The position numbers were made by a program, and so were the translations under genes. Shown in pieces: positions 1-13,400 of a stretch of DNA of 64,000 bases; within the stretch, counting starts at the first letter, position 1, and each line of letters begins with the position of its first letter. The notes below the pieces were generated by a model. The model was not told where the DNA came from. It was given only the letters and a program-made list of their open reading frames with translations, and ran no database searches. Origin of the DNA: Nemertoderma westbladi (taxonomy: Eukaryota > Animalia > Xenacoelomorpha); the NCBI GenBank assembly GCA_032718475.1, contig JAUCBJ010003333.1, positions 66,943-130,942 on the forward strand. The letters run 5' to 3'.

Positions 1-1598
1 GTTAGCTTCCCAGGCTCGAATGTAACGTAGGGCAACCATTTCGTCTACACTTTCCAGATCTCGGTTGAAAGGGCAATCGAAACTTGCGTGTCCTTTAAAC
101 TGGCAATGATGGCATTGAGTCATAAATTGAGGGCAGACTGCGAAGATGTGTAAGTTATTGAGTCTACAATACGCACAATAGATCTCCATGGTAGGTTGAT
201 CTTGAAAGTAGGAGCAGGGTACGCTGGAGTCCACCGGGGTGAAGTGGTCTCGTGATGCGCATAATCGGCAACGTTTCATAGAAACATAATTGGCATGCTG
301 ATAATCGTATGCGGTGAGACATTGTGGACCTTGATACCATTCCAGGACATAGTCGTTGTCACTGCTCCTGGGCGCTGTGGGTTGAATTTCCTCGAACTCT
401 AAGCAAATTGGTCCGTCTTCCAATTGCATAGCTGAGGTAGGTGTAGCTGTCTCCTCAAGCGAACCCACTGTTTGATCTTCCACGATAGAATAACCTGTGG
501 GGATTCAGGGTCTTTGTATAACAGAGGAATGTAAGTTCTGTATACAAACGTCCTTGAAAATGGCGAATCCAGCGCTGTCTAACTTCTCAGCAGCTGAGTC
601 TCTTAGGCTGAGCTTAGTCAGAGCGCGGTCCTTGAACTGACTATCAACGTTACGGAACAAAGTCAGAAAGCGCCTAAAGCATTCGAATCGAATGAATTTA
701 TTGTGTTCATCTAGCTTGGCGAGTTTGGTTCCAAGTAACAAGGGATGGGCGCATATAGTGCGACTGCACACATCGGCTAGCCAACCGGCAAGTGCGGTAT
801 TCTCGAAGATAGTGTATATAGCTAATTAGGGACAAAGTGGAACACTCATATGAAGCTATAAACGACGCCAGGTGCGGTTAAAGGTCCGTCAAAGTATAAT
901 CGAGAATAATGATCTCCATATTCTTGTTGATAGCTGATAGGGTTTCCGACTTTGAAATTCCATCCGTATTCTTGGAAGGCAAGATGTCCGATGGAGGTTC
1001 GTTGTACTTTATTGATGCCGCTGGATGTATTGGCATACATTGTTCGGAAGAAACCTCAGCCTTCTGCCCAGGGAGCAATCAGCTGGGTGTCTACGAAAGG
1101 ATATGGGATATTCTCCAGGTTCCTGAAGTCATTTTGGAGATCTCCATAAACAGCTGAGCCGATTTTAAGGATTCTTTCGTTAAACAACATCTCGAGCACT
1201 GGCTGGGGCAACATCGATCCATCTATACCCATGGCCGGTTTGCGCTCGGTATCGGTGACGTAACGCTGTGCGAGTTCGAATTGTCCATGTCGGAGATTCT
1301 TTTGTATCTCAGTGAGAGTCTCAAAAGAATAATCGATCACGTCGGAACACGCTCGAGTAAACACATGGGTAGAACCAGCTAGTCCTCGTATGTGTATCAT
1401 TTGTGAGGTTCCCAGTACGGCAACCGGAACGCTACCTTCGTTATCGTAAGTGACAACTCCATACATTTCGATAACGTTAAGAGTCTCGTTCCACTCTTTA
1501 GTGGCGTTTTCTATGGTCATACCCACCGGATGCCAAAAGGTGGCGCGTTCGCTAGCGTTAGGTAGATCGCTATACTTCCGATAATGTGTAGTATACAT
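1..1598 (-). pseudogene. Disrupted ORF: DEDDy (WRN/EXD/RNase D-like) 3'-5' exonuclease plus C-terminal CCHC zinc knuckles; runs off the window
   Basis: ExoI-like VVTYDNEG; ExoII-like LPQPVLEMLFNERILKIGSAVYGDL..FVDTQLIA; SIGHLAFQEYG; ExoIII-like PLTAPGVVYSF. In-frame TGA at 1056 and 846 and a frameshift near 845-780. Reading past the TGA at 505 gives CRLCASRDH..C, CAYCRLNNLHIFAVC and CHHCQFKGHASFDC. Confidence 0.6.
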
Positions 1599-1613
1599 CT
1601 CTACATCTCCATA

Positions 1614-3596
1614 TCACTGTATTCTCTCTTCCTCGAATAATACGTCGAGATTCCAATGAACTAATCGAGTTTTAATAAATCCATCGAGATTATACGGGGG
1701 CATTATATCCTTTTCTATTCTGGAAACATTATAAGGTTTTCTGAATGAGTTTACGTTGACCAATTGATCTAAATGTTTCTGTAGTTGTTCGAGTTCAACA
1801 AGATCTAGGGGATTTATCAGTGGTAGAAACCTTAAACTGTGCGTAGGATCTTCCTGTTTCAACATAAAATATTGAGTTAGATTGACGTAATAAGGATGGT
1901 ATTTGATCCCATAAAATGAGCTCGGTAAAGGTCTGGCGCGTAGGTTGACCTCGTGTACCATACGACAGACAAGATCCGCTCGATTGTCCGGAGGTTCAAC
2001 GAGTATACCGTCGACACGAGCGGCCTCGATTGGCGGACATTGTAACATAGGAGCGTCAGCGATAAGATCTCTAGATCTTAAGTTGATATCAACCAGTTGG
2101 GGTTGTACCGTGGCGAAGAGTTTGTCTCCGAAATGAGGAACCATCGAGGGGTGAATGATGGTTTTGGAATAGAGATCAGTCATAAGGATTTGAGCTTCTG
2201 GTTGGGCTAAAGCTGCTTCTTCTCTCTCGTCCATTTCGATGTGCTTCTCCTCGAGCTGATTTTCCTCCGCTTGTCGTTGGAAGCGTTCGTCTAAAAACTC
2301 TTGTAGAGAGTAGGTTCGTCCAAGTTCGATGTCTTCCTCGAGGTTCTGGATTTCTCGATCGAACTGCGGTAAGGCCAATTCCTTTACAGCTTGGACTTGC
2401 TGCTGCAATTTACGTTTATCTAAACAATCGTAACTTCCTTTTCCGATCTTTTGCCGAATAGCGTCTAACGCGTTTCGTACAACGCTCTCCTCGACCTCGG
2501 TGATGGGTTGTATTGGGGTTAAACCGGGACAATTATACGGGTTGAACGGCGATATTAAATGTCCGCGTCCCAATCCGGCTAGGTAGGATGAGCGAATATC
2601 TAGAGAGCCCACTACCGGAGTGCCACTGATTAATTTTTCGGGTAACACTAGATCTTTGAACAGTGAGTACAGTTCAGGAGGATCCGTTATACTATTAGGA
2701 TCAAGAGTCTGAGGTCTCTCCAGGGAATGAGGAGGTCTGACCGAGTATTCCGGAACTCTGATCATCGGTTTATTTAAGGATCGTTTGAGGCGAGCGAGCG
2801 TAGGTGATACGTCGAACAAGTTTCGCTCGAAACTCCCGTAAGTATAGCGAGTAAAACTGTGTTTAGCACAACGTCTCCGCGGATGTTTATGTCTTTCCGT
2901 TTGTTGGTTGGGTCTAGGGCATTCATCGCAATAATACCAAAGACGCACGTCTTGTAGGGGAAACGCGGGTGATCTTTCTCCAGTTTTACAATATTCCTCC
3001 ATCTGTTCGAAGCTATCCGTTACAACAGGTAGCGGTCGATCGGCGGTAAGATACATCATAGTGAAATAGAGTTGTTTGAGTTCTATCATAGGGTCATTAT
3101 GTATTCCTTGAGGATATCGAGTTTCTAGATTTTGTTGACTGGCTACATTGAGATATGTTTCTCTCAAGAATTCCAAATATTCGTTGAAGTCACTTCGTTT
3201 ATCCGGCTCTTCAATGTCTTCCCTTTCGAGTCGGTTTCGAATAGAATTCTCATGTTCGATTCTCAGTTTATCGTTCCGACTCCACTGGGTATGATATTTA
3301 AATAGGATCATTTCCCTTTCGGTGTCTACATCGTCCGTGTCGTGTAAATCGATAGGATGACCAGTAGTTAAGAAGTCCATATACGTACCATTACGATGCA
3401 TATAGTGAGTGGTGAATTTTCTATAGTCTAATTCACGCGTGAGCTGTTCCTTTGACATTGGCGGTTCGATATAACAGCCATCGTCCTCCGTAGTGGGTTG
3501 ACTAGCGTCGCCGCTTATTAAACTATCAACAAACGCTTGCAAGGGTAGGGTATATCGCTCCCTGATACCAAGATCATCTTCTATCAACTCAGTCAT
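1614..3596 (-). CDS. Uninterrupted 660-aa orphan protein, probably an extra ORF in the 3' region of the BEL element
   Basis: Long ATG-initiated ORF on the same strand as gag-pol; Cys/His cluster CDECP..H..RCAKH; acidic coiled-coil-like segment; no family recognised. Confidence 0.65.
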   Translation of the reverse strand: MTELIEDDLGIRERYTLPLQAFVDSLISGDASQPTTEDDGCYIEPPMSKEQLTRELDYRKFTTHYMHRNGTYMDFLTTGHPIDLHDTDDVDTEREMILFKYHTQWSRNDKLRIEHENSIRNRLEREDIEEPDKRSDFNEYLEFLRETYLNVASQQNLETRYPQGIHNDPMIELKQLYFTMMYLTADRPLPVVTDSFEQMEEYCKTGERSPAFPLQDVRLWYYCDECPRPNQQTERHKHPRRRCAKHSFTRYTYGSFERNLFDVSPTLARLKRSLNKPMIRVPEYSVRPPHSLERPQTLDPNSITDPPELYSLFKDLVLPEKLISGTPVVGSLDIRSSYLAGLGRGHLISPFNPYNCPGLTPIQPITEVEESVVRNALDAIRQKIGKGSYDCLDKRKLQQQVQAVKELALPQFDREIQNLEEDIELGRTYSLQEFLDERFQRQAEENQLEEKHIEMDEREEAALAQPEAQILMTDLYSKTIIHPSMVPHFGDKLFATVQPQLVDINLRSRDLIADAPMLQCPPIEAARVDGILVEPPDNRADLVCRMVHEVNLRARPLPSSFYGIKYHPYYVNLTQYFMLKQEDPTHSLRFLPLINPLDLVELEQLQKHLDQLVNVNSFRKPYNVSRIEKDIMPPYNLDGFIKTRLVHWNLDVLFEEERIQ

Positions 3597-4419
3597 AGCT
3601 GCTATATGAGTTTATCGATATTATAATAAATTATATTTAGGCTAGCGGTCGTCGCTGCCTCCCCCTCAATGCTCCCGGACAGCGCAAGATCCTCAGCGCT
3701 GATGTACTGTCGTCGCTGTGCCTCTCGCCAACGTAGTAGCTACACAACGACAACAATAACCAGCGCAAGTCACTCCACTGTCCGTCCCAAGGGCTTAGAA
3801 TTACTTCAGGTTCTTGCTACAGAGGCAAGGTAACTTTCACAACTGCGACTCGCTACTGTAAACACACTTTAGTAGTAACATTCACCTATAAATGCACAAA
3901 TTCCACACACCAGTCACAAATTGTACACATTCGGGCAATTTGTCCGTTAGTCAAGTGCCTTCCAGAATGCCACGTTATTATTATGTATCCCTGGATACTA
4001 GCAGGGTGCTATTTATTCCGTATGCTATTCAATGGGGCAAGCTTTCTATTGTTCTTTTAACTCGCTTCTAATTCTAGCGTGGTTGTTGCTATGGTGACAT
4101 TATGGAAAGCTAGCAGTAGAATTAGGGTAATTCTCATGCATACAGATCTGGGATGCTATTTAATAGTAATTCTTTAATTGTCAATATTCCCCTTTATAAA
4201 TGATTTTATGAATTTTATCGGCTATTGACTATACATTGGAGATTCTCGCACACTAATATACTTAATAGGGTGAATCTCCACTCCCATGATCTATTAATTA
4301 ATGGAATTTTGGGAATGTTATAAATTGTACAAAATGACAATTTATCAAATTCATGAGAGGATATGAATTTAAAATTTATTCCCGTGAATTTTATTATTTA
4401 ATATTAAAATAGACACAAT

Positions 4420-4810
4420 TTTATTCCAGAACATGTCTGGGGACTAGGATCCTTAATTCTAGGAAATTTGTCTTTTTAAGAGTATCGGTAAGTGCTACGA
4501 TATCTTAATCGACTAGTATTTTAAAGGATCTGAATTTTAACAGATTTTTGATTTATAGATTTTCTTGGTTTACAAACTCCTTAAGAGTTTATTTGTCAGC
4601 ATTTACTCTATTATAACATTTGTTTTAATAGAATTTATAAATATTTATTAAATATTAAATATTTAAGATGGGCACCGATTTATTCCAGAACATGTCTGGG
4701 GACGTTAACCACTGATTCTAGAATTTTGTCTTTCAAGTATATCGGTGGGTGCCTCGATATCTTAATCGACTAGAATTGCAGATGGTCAAAGGGTTTAACA
4801 GATTTGTTTT
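4420..4810. repeat. Diverged direct duplication (~130 bp x2) in the AT-rich spacer between the integrase and the extra ORFs
   Basis: TTTATTCCAGAACATGTCTGGGGAC...CGATATCTTAATCGACTAG...TTTAACAGATTT at ~4420 and ~4679. Confidence 0.75.
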
Positions 4811-5359
4811 GCGTTTTAACGCTACTGTTAAATGGACATCATTCTACTATATGTATTATTTAATATACGGTATGAGAGCAATATTGCAAGAAGCTATGTC
4901 AGTGAGAAGAGGCAAGTCGTTTCCAATGTCTACCCAGAGCTTGGTTTAGCCGAGACACGAGGATCTGAACTTTGCATTCCTAATACTCTACTTACCAATA
5001 ATACTACCAATATTACCAATAATAAGTATAGTAGGAGCGGTATTTTGTACTTTAATAAGTACGGACATTTCATCTTACTGTAGTCACGTATTTATAATAT
5101 GATACGGACAGTAAGGAAAGAGAAAAAAGAATTATTTCTCGCCGTTAAACTTAAATATATAATGCTAAGTAATTAAGTAATAAACACGAATATATATATT
5201 GCACTAATCTACTGAATAATCGCTAAAATAATATTCTACTAAATAAAATTAAAGAAAACGATTATAATAATAAAATTACGTAATAATACATATATAAATA
5301 TAAAAATAATAATAAAATATATATAAAATAATGTAGTCACACACCCACTCCAGACCCTG

Positions 5360-8300
5360 TTACGTTGAGGAGTCCCTAGATGTTTGTTGGATTAGGGAGT
5401 TGGTCGTAGGAAGAGTATCTTGCCTTCCATAGTTTCCGGATAGCTCTCTGTCTCTTTCCAGTAAACATAAACGACCAACTGGGCGATTGAGTTGTTGTGT
5501 TTCGAATACAATTCCAGGTTTCTTAAAGTTACATCGCATGACGACGAGTTCTACCGATCGCACTAAACCATCATCGGATATATGAGTCTCGATGATACGA
5601 CCTGTCTGCCACCTTTTACGTGGAAGATCTGATTTCACAATAAGGACCATGTCTCCGGCGCTGACGTTTTCTTTCTGCGCAAACCACTTGGTTCGAAGTT
5701 GTAGCATTGGCAGATAATGTTTTTCGAAATGGTCAGCGAAACGACGGGATAATAACTGCATAAGTTGCCAAGTTTGTCGGCAGTATTCGTCTCCGTCCGT
5801 GATTTCCGATTGCGGGAGCATGGCTACAGGTTTCTTTAGTAGGAAATGCGCGGGTGTTAGTGCTTCTAGGGAGTCGGGACTCGATGAGACTGGCATGAGC
5901 GGTCTCTCGTTAAGATATGCGGCGATTTCTTCCATTAACGTCCGCAAATGTTCGTCGGTGAGATACGCGCGGCACGGCACTATAAAGTGAAATGCGGTCT
6001 TCACGCTCCGTATTAATCTCTCCCAACTTCCTCCCCACCAAGGGGCGTCGGCGGCGTTAAAGGTCCAGCTAGATGCTGTTACCCTTAGATGATCGTCCAC
6101 CTGTCTTTGGTTCCAATCTTTAACGTAAGCTTTGATCTCATTATTGGCGCCAATGAAGTTCGTTCCCTTGTTGGATCACATGGTGTTGCTAGTTCCAAAG
6201 CGAGTGATCTGTCGGCGTAAACTCAGTATGAAGCTGTTGGTAGATAGATCGTTCACCATATCTAGATGGATCGCTCTACAAGTCATACAGACAAAGATGA
6301 CAAACCATCGCTTGACTATAGTCCTAGCACGATATACTTCAATAGGGCCAAATAAATCCACACCAGTATTAGTAAAGGGTGGTTCATAGAAGCTTACTCG
6401 TTCCCTAGGTAATTCTGCCTCTCGCTGTGTCAAAGGCCTACTGAATGCTTTCCTACAGGGTATTCAGTTCCTAAGAACTTGGTTCAGAGCTCTACGGGGC
6501 TTATGGAAATAATAGCGAGTTTGAATTTCGCTAAGAACTCGTTCTCTACCAGCATGGTAAAGCCTACCGTGAACATCTACAATCATCTTGATTTATATTT
6601 CAAGATTTCTAATGAGTATGGGAAATTTATTGTCAAAGGACAATGGAGCATTAGTTAATCTCCCTCCGACACGTATTAACCCATCTATCATTGTGCTAGA
6701 GAAACGATCCCTTAAGTGCATCTGTGGATTTCTCAACAACAATCTTCATAGCATTGCTGGAGTCTCAGTATCTGTTTATTGGTTTCTTCATGCTCTTGGT
6801 AACTGATCTTCTCCGTCAGAAACCTATCCGACACTTTGTAAGTGGGCAGATCTTTAATAGCATGGACCTTTTCGGATATTGTTGGAGCGGTATCATTAGC
6901 GATCTCCGTCCTAGAATAGTGATGATGGAAACATCTCTTGAGATACACAACGGCCTTACAAAGCCGATTCCAGGAGCTATAATGATTTATTGCTCTCTGC
7001 AGGAGAGGTGATAGTCCTTGCGAGACGTCTGGTGTTCCAGATTTCCAGTCTCTTTCTCTGATTTCTATATCAGATTTGTTCGTTGCGGGGGAGTTTAGAT
7101 CCACAGCGTCATCCCTGGAGATGTGTAATACAGACAGATCTATCACGGGTTTAAATAACTTTGATTTACTCATCCGGGTTTTAGGTTTAACTTTCTCCGC
7201 TCCCTTGGCTTGTCTAATCTCAGCCGTGGTGAGATGAGGAGGCCATTCATCCTCTTCTTTACTTAGGAAGTCGGGTCCACCAAACCAATCTGGAGTATCT
7301 ATCAGTTCTTGAGGGGTTGCTCCTCTAGAGGCGATGTCGGCTGGATTAATCGTCCCAGGGCAATGTCTCCTTTGATCTACATTAGCGACTAAGTATAATG
7401 GCTACTCTGTTGGTAACGAAGACGCTGAACTGACAGACTTCATTGGTTATATACTCCAGAACGAGTAAAGCATCAGTCCAATAGACAGTTTTCTCCAGTG
7501 GATAGTCGATCTGTTCTGTTACATTCCGGCCGATGGCTGTAGCGTATAGAGCCGCCTTTAACTCCGCTCGAGGAACTCGTAGTTTGTTGTTTATCAAGGC
7601 CTTAGAGGTAACCAAGGCAACTTTAATTCCATCTGGAGTTTCAACCCTCAGGTAGGCTACTATACCTATTCCCATATCGCTGGCGTCTCCAAACACATGG
7701 AGTTGATAGGAATACGTGGGGAGAACGTGACCAAAATATGAACGGGAAATCGAAAAAGTTCTCGATGGATGGTAGAGAATCTTCCCATTTCATCCACTTC
7801 TTTAGTAGTTCTCCCTTAAGTGGATCATCCCACGAGTGGTTTTCAAGCCACATTTGTTGCACCAAGCTCCGAGCAACTAATATAACTGGGCTAATAAATC
7901 CCAATGGATCGAAATAAGTGCTCAGGATACTTAGACAAATCCGTTTAGTTCTAACTGGATTATCTCGCTGTTTTAACTGGAAAAACAAGATATCTCTCTC
8001 CGTGTCCCATTTTAAACCAAATGTTTTGGTTTCTGGAAGATCGTCCTTGATAAGGTCCAGATCTTTAACACCTCGGTCTTCTACCAGGATCAATTCCAGA
8101 AACTCACGGGAGTTACTAGTGAATTTGGTTAACCGAAATCCACCGCGTTGCAAGCACTCCACCGTTCCCTTGGCAACATCAATGGCTTCTTCCACCGATG
8201 GGAGGGACTTTAAATTGTTGTCCATGTATATATCCCGTTTGATGTTGTCGATAACCGCTTTAGAAAAGACGTCACAGTTGTCATCGGCAGTGGTACGCAC

Positions 8301-10106
8301 TACCGAACAAGCGTTCGAGGGGCTCGAGATGATCCCGAAAGCCTGGATGGTCATCCAGTACTCCACCGGTTTTCGGTTGAGGTCTCCTTCAGGCCACCAC
8401 AGAAATCGTAGGCTGTCTCAATCCCTATCCTGCGCCTTGACTTGTAAGAACATGCCTTCTATATCTGAAGCGAAAGCGATAGAATATTGCTGCAGACTTA
8501 ATAATATTCCCAACAAGGATTGGAGTAAGTTGGGTCCCGGCAACAGTTCTGAGTTCAGGGATTGACCCATGTAAAGGGCGGAGCCGTCGAACACTACCCA
8601 GACTTCGTTGGGTTTACCAGGCTTGGGAACGTATTGATGTGTTAGATAATACGTCCTCTCCGTTATGGGTGTTTCTTCCGGTACTCGCTCCGCGTATCCT
8701 TTATTGATAAATTTTTTCAGCTGGGTTTTATACATTTCCCTGGCTGGAACGTTGGCTGTAAGACGCCGATGTAGTTGCGCGATTCTTTTTTCCGCTAAAG
8801 TTCGGTTATTTATAAAATTGGGTTCTCGCTGTCTGAAAGGAAGACCAATCTCATAGCGACCTTCGTCTTTCAGATAATGAGTTGTCGTTTCCTGAATCTG
8901 CTTGGCTCCTCTTCCTCGACGGACAAAGCTTTGTTGTAGGAATTAGGCTCTACGGCTTCTTGAGTAAAGAATCATGCGGCGTGTTCATCACGGATTTTGT
9001 TGTTGTATCGATCTATCACTTCGTTTAATTCGTCATTATATGTGAATTGTCCGCCATGTTGATCGATGAGATGGCACAAGTTGACTTGGTTTACCCAAGT
9101 TTGGTTTTCGGTGAGGAGGTCGATTGTATTTTCCTCGTCATATAATTGGTTAATGTCGTCATTATCTGAGGAGTATGGTGTTCCCTCAGTGGTGGTTTCT
9201 CCCTCACTGATTTCTTCTTCCCATTCACTCACCTGATGTATCCTGTCATTAGGGAGTCTTTCCATTAGGGTTCTATGGGAAGGTCCAGTGAAGTACCAAC
9301 CTACTCTCGTTCTTCCCGCGTACGTCTGCAATGGTTGCGGTCGAGCAGGCCGTTTTTCTAATGTCTCAAGCGCTTCGTGCGCATTTTGGCCGATTAATAT
9401 CTGTACCCCAGGATAATCGGTGTGGAATCTAGGTATATCATGTTGCTGGGTAAAATGGTCTTCATCCCAGTTGTAAGGCTCCACTTGGCTAGTAGCAAAG
9501 TTCTTTATCGCCACCATTTTTACCGACCTTATGCTATGTTCTCCTAGTTCATCCTGGGGAGTGGACAACGCACCCACGTAGTAATCTATAGCTACTGTGG
9601 ACTTCCAAACCTGCATAATTCCTGAAAGGTTCAACTTAGTTCGGAACTTGGGTTGTTCAGCAAAGATGTCTTCGGCTAGTTCTTTGTCGATGAATGTAAC
9701 CGTGCTGCCAGAGTCAAGTAGGGCATTTACTATCAGGCTCTTCCCTAGCCCATGGACTCTCAGCTGCACCACAGGAAATTCCCGGATTCCGAGAGAGGAA
9801 GTTGGCGCTTTCCAAGATGGTTGTCGGTCCGGAATAGTCAAACGAGGATCTTCCATTTCTGATTCAGTCTCGTACGTAAGCGCTCGATACACATCGGTGT
9901 TTATCATATAACAGGATTCATTTTTGTCAGAGAATTCGTCCGTGTAAAATCCTTCCATCTCAGAGCTGTGGTCAGTGTCGTTCACATCACTGAATTGGAC
10001 ATGTAGTTCGGGCTCACTTACCTGACTCGGGTGGGTTCTGTCAAATTCTGTGTGCAGCAAAATATGATGTTTCGCGCCGCACTTAGCACACCTCGCGTCT
10101 GAGTAA
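5360..10106 (-). pseudogene. pol: BEL/Pao pol (aspartic protease, RT, RNase H, integrase) broken by stops and frameshifts
   Basis: Protease ALLDSGS; RT VVFDGSA, GPNLL, DIEGMFLQV, IYMDN; FDPLGF; RNase H FGDAS and PRAELKAAL, WTD; integrase TGVDLFGP, APWWGGSWERLIRSVK, LTPAHFL, RPVGRLCLL. Confidence 0.95.
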
Positions 10107-10481
10107 GGGGCCGTCCAAGTATGACGTCCGCACTTTTCTCCAAAATGTTGACCCCCTCCCTCCCCTAAATCAGATGTCATCAGATAGGCGTTGACACCCC
10201 CCCTCCCCTAAATCAGATTAAAAAAAATTTCGCTTCCTAATCACTGAAACATGGTGTCTGGTATCTGAAACAGAAGGTCCTGCTATGGGCCTTCTGGGGC
10301 TTCGAACAATTAAAATAGGCAAGCTATTTACTCTTCTGCTATATCTCTTTTAGCACCTATAAATGAACATGCTGACGTCAGATTTTGGCTGACCCCCTAC
10401 CCTCCCTTCATCAGCATGTCATCAGATTTTCCCAACCCCCCTCCCCACCCTAAAGTGCTGACGTCATACTTGGACGGCCCC
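10107..10481. mobile_element. PIF/Harbinger-type MITE (375 bp) inserted in the gag zinc-knuckle region
   Basis: TIR GGGGCCGTCCAAGTATGACGTC / GACGTCATACTTGGACGGCCCC; TAA duplicated at 10104-10106 and 10482-10484; removal restores HQRRTC-YSDARCAKCGAKHHILLH. Confidence 0.92.
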
Positions 10482-13400
10482 TAACAGGTCCGTCTTTGAT
10501 GTCCTCGTCTGAGAAAATTATAACACAACCGCTTATCCCACATGACATCACGTCTATCCTTAAGGGATTTCTTCAAGAATTCATCACACCCACTCAAGCG
10601 ATGTGGCCCATCGCACAATGCACATTTGGGTTTGATGTTACTTAATTTAACCTGTGTTGTGTTGTGCACACTTGTTCTTTCATCGGGCTTTCTTCGATGA
10701 ACTCTCTTAGGAGACGTAGGAGTTGTTGTTACCTGTTCTCTCCTGTCACTGGTTCGAGACTTAGATTTACTTACGTCTTTCCGAGTTTTATTGACATAAT
10801 AAGATCTTTCAGTGTCTTTCCCGCTGTTCTCCTCGTATGAGGTTTGGCTTTCGCCGTCGTCTGTATAACACACTGGTGTTACCTTTCTCCTAGAAACGGG
10901 TTTTTCACTCACCTTACTTTCCGGTGTCTTCTCTCTGGACTGCTTTAGGAGCTGTAATCTTACCTCTCCATTTAAGAATGACATGAGATCAGCCATGGTA
11001 GGGTCTCTTTGTTGCTGGTCCATCATATAGAGAACCTTTTTGTCCCAACGAGTACCTGCTCCACCCTTTGGCAAAGTAGATGCTACGGCTCCAACAACCA
11101 TAGAACTCTGGTATTCCTGAGACTTACCTAACCAATCTAGCTGTCTACAGATCTCCTGGATCTCATCGGAAAACTCGATAATCCCGCTACTAAGAAACTT
11201 TCGGGGCGCTACTAATTTCGCATACATATATTCGCCTAGCTATGTTAGTCCTATTACCATGCCTGATGTTTAGTGTATCCCAAACTTGTCTTAATCCATC
11301 TGGATGTCCAATAAACTTTAACGCCATTAACTTGGGAGGTCCTTCCAAGCACTCGATGAGGAATCTAAGTTTCTCTCCGTTAGATAGTACAGAGTTCTGT
11401 ATGTTATCTTTATAATATTCATTAAAAGGTAACCATTTCATCTCATCTCCATTAAACTTGACGACCTCTCCCACCTTTACCGCTTGATGGGCTTTGGTTC
11501 TAGCCATTTGATGTGTAAAACTTTCTTGAGCCATCGTATTATTTAATATCGAGTTATCGGTATATAAATTTCCCGGATTATGATCAGATCTGTATGGGAT
11601 ATCATTATCAACAGGTTTATAATTACCCTTAATAGGGTTTACTATAGGGGTTTCTACTTCACTAGCAGTATATATGCGTGTAGGCTCCACACCTCGCGCA
11701 TGAAATACTTCAGACCTAACAGGTTGACACATTGTTACAGGGGGTGGTGGTATACCCATTTGTATATTTACTAATTTATCGCGCTCTAAAGCGATACTTT
11801 GTTGCACTTCTTGCAACTCTAACCTACTCTCTCTCACTGTTCCCTTTAACTGCTGAACAGTCCCTTCCAAATCTCGGACCTGCTGGGAAGAAAGTCGTTT
11901 ATGTTCCTCCAGCTGTCCAAGCAGGCGATTCATCCCCCGCCGTCCCTCGTCCACCCACTCAACCACTGCCGTGGGAGTCACCAACGTGGTAGCTGGGTGA
12001 CACGTGGGGATGATGGGAGACAAGTCATTTATGTCTTGCTCGGCGTCCAGGACTGGGAGTGATTCAGGGACTAGTCTACTGGGCACAGGTAGTTTAGTAC
12101 TGTGCAAAGGGAATTTAAAGTTAGGTTCTGGAAGTACAGGTGTCTCTATCACAGAGGGAGTGGCTTTGAGGACAGGCCTAATTATTTCGGGCTCATCTAC
12201 TATAGTAGGGAGTCTTTCTACTCTAATAATTTGGTCTGTAGGCTCAGGATTACTTAAATCTACACTAGCTAGTTGCCTTCTCACAGCCGGAGGCAAATTA
12301 GGCAACTTCTGCCGGTGTGGCGTTCTTCTACGTCCGCTGGAACGAGTTTTATTTCCTCTACCTTCAGGATCTGTTGTATCGCCTTCATCAGAGGATGTAA
12401 ATCCCTGTCTCCTGGGAGTAGATCGACTCAGCAGCTGCATCTGGGTAGCTGTTCTCTGTTTATTTAAGTAATCTTGCTTCGCTTGAAGATTTTCCAACCC
12501 TAGTTGGGTTGTCTCTTCAGATGCTTGTCTTACTGCTTCAGCCACTGCCGCTTTTCTTTCAGCCTCTGCCACTGCTGCTTTCCTTTCAGATTCTGCTGCT
12601 GCCGCTGCCGCTTTCCTTTCAGATTCTGCCGCTGCCGCTGCTGCTTTCATTTCAGATTCTGCCACTGCTGCTGCCGCTTTTCTTTCAGCCTCTGCCGCTT
12701 TCCTTTCAGATTCTGCCGCGACCGCTGCCGCTTTTCTTTCAGCCTCTGCCGTTGCCGCTTTCATTTCAGATTCTGCCGCGGCTGCTGACCTTCGGTCTTC
12801 TATTTTGCTTTTTCTTTATCTGCTCTTCTTGGTCCATAGCGATGAGGATGCTTTCATCATATTTAGCTTGCTCCGCGGCTAATATTTCTGCATCTAACGA
12901 GTCCAACACAAATTTGGCTCCCTCACTATTAGGGTGGAGTCCAGCTAGCCGTCTCCTTAGCTCTTTGTCACCTATAAATCGTTGATAGTCTGACAGATAG
13001 ATGTCAATAGCATCCTTCTTCTGAGGTTTCTCGGATATAGCTTCGCCTTCCACCTGAGAAAAGGTAGCGTCTGTTGATTCTCCGTGGGTCACGCGTTCAG
13101 TTAGCTGAACTTTCCATTGTGTCGTTCCTTGGACTTTAAGACTCACCCGTTGGAACCAAGTCTTTACGGCCACTTGCAACGAGGTGTCTTGGCTTCTCTT
13201 CGAAGCTTCCTCAAAGGCTGAAAGGATTAGTCTGATCCGTAAAATTCGTTCTCGCACTTGATAAAGCAGCTCTCCCTGCTCTTGAGGTCCTTGATGTTGT
13301 TGAAATAGGTGTTCTTCTAATCGCTCCAAAGAACTGAAGAATCCCTGGACATATCCTGCTGCCGACCTCTTCCACACAGCTGGATCCCGCATGTCCCTTA

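Noticed and set aside
1614-3596. env gene of the BEL element
   Set aside because: No signal peptide, transmembrane segment or Cys-rich ectodomain visible
7918-8565. 215-aa plus-strand ORF
   Set aside because: Antisense to the BEL RT, with no motifs
8972-10180. N-terminus MTSDLGEGGG... of the 402-aa ORF
   Set aside because: Its first ~25 codons come from the inserted MITE; the true frame continues from gag
12504-12985. Plus-strand Cys/Arg- and Leu/Pro-rich ORFs
   Set aside because: Antisense shadows of the gag tandem repeat
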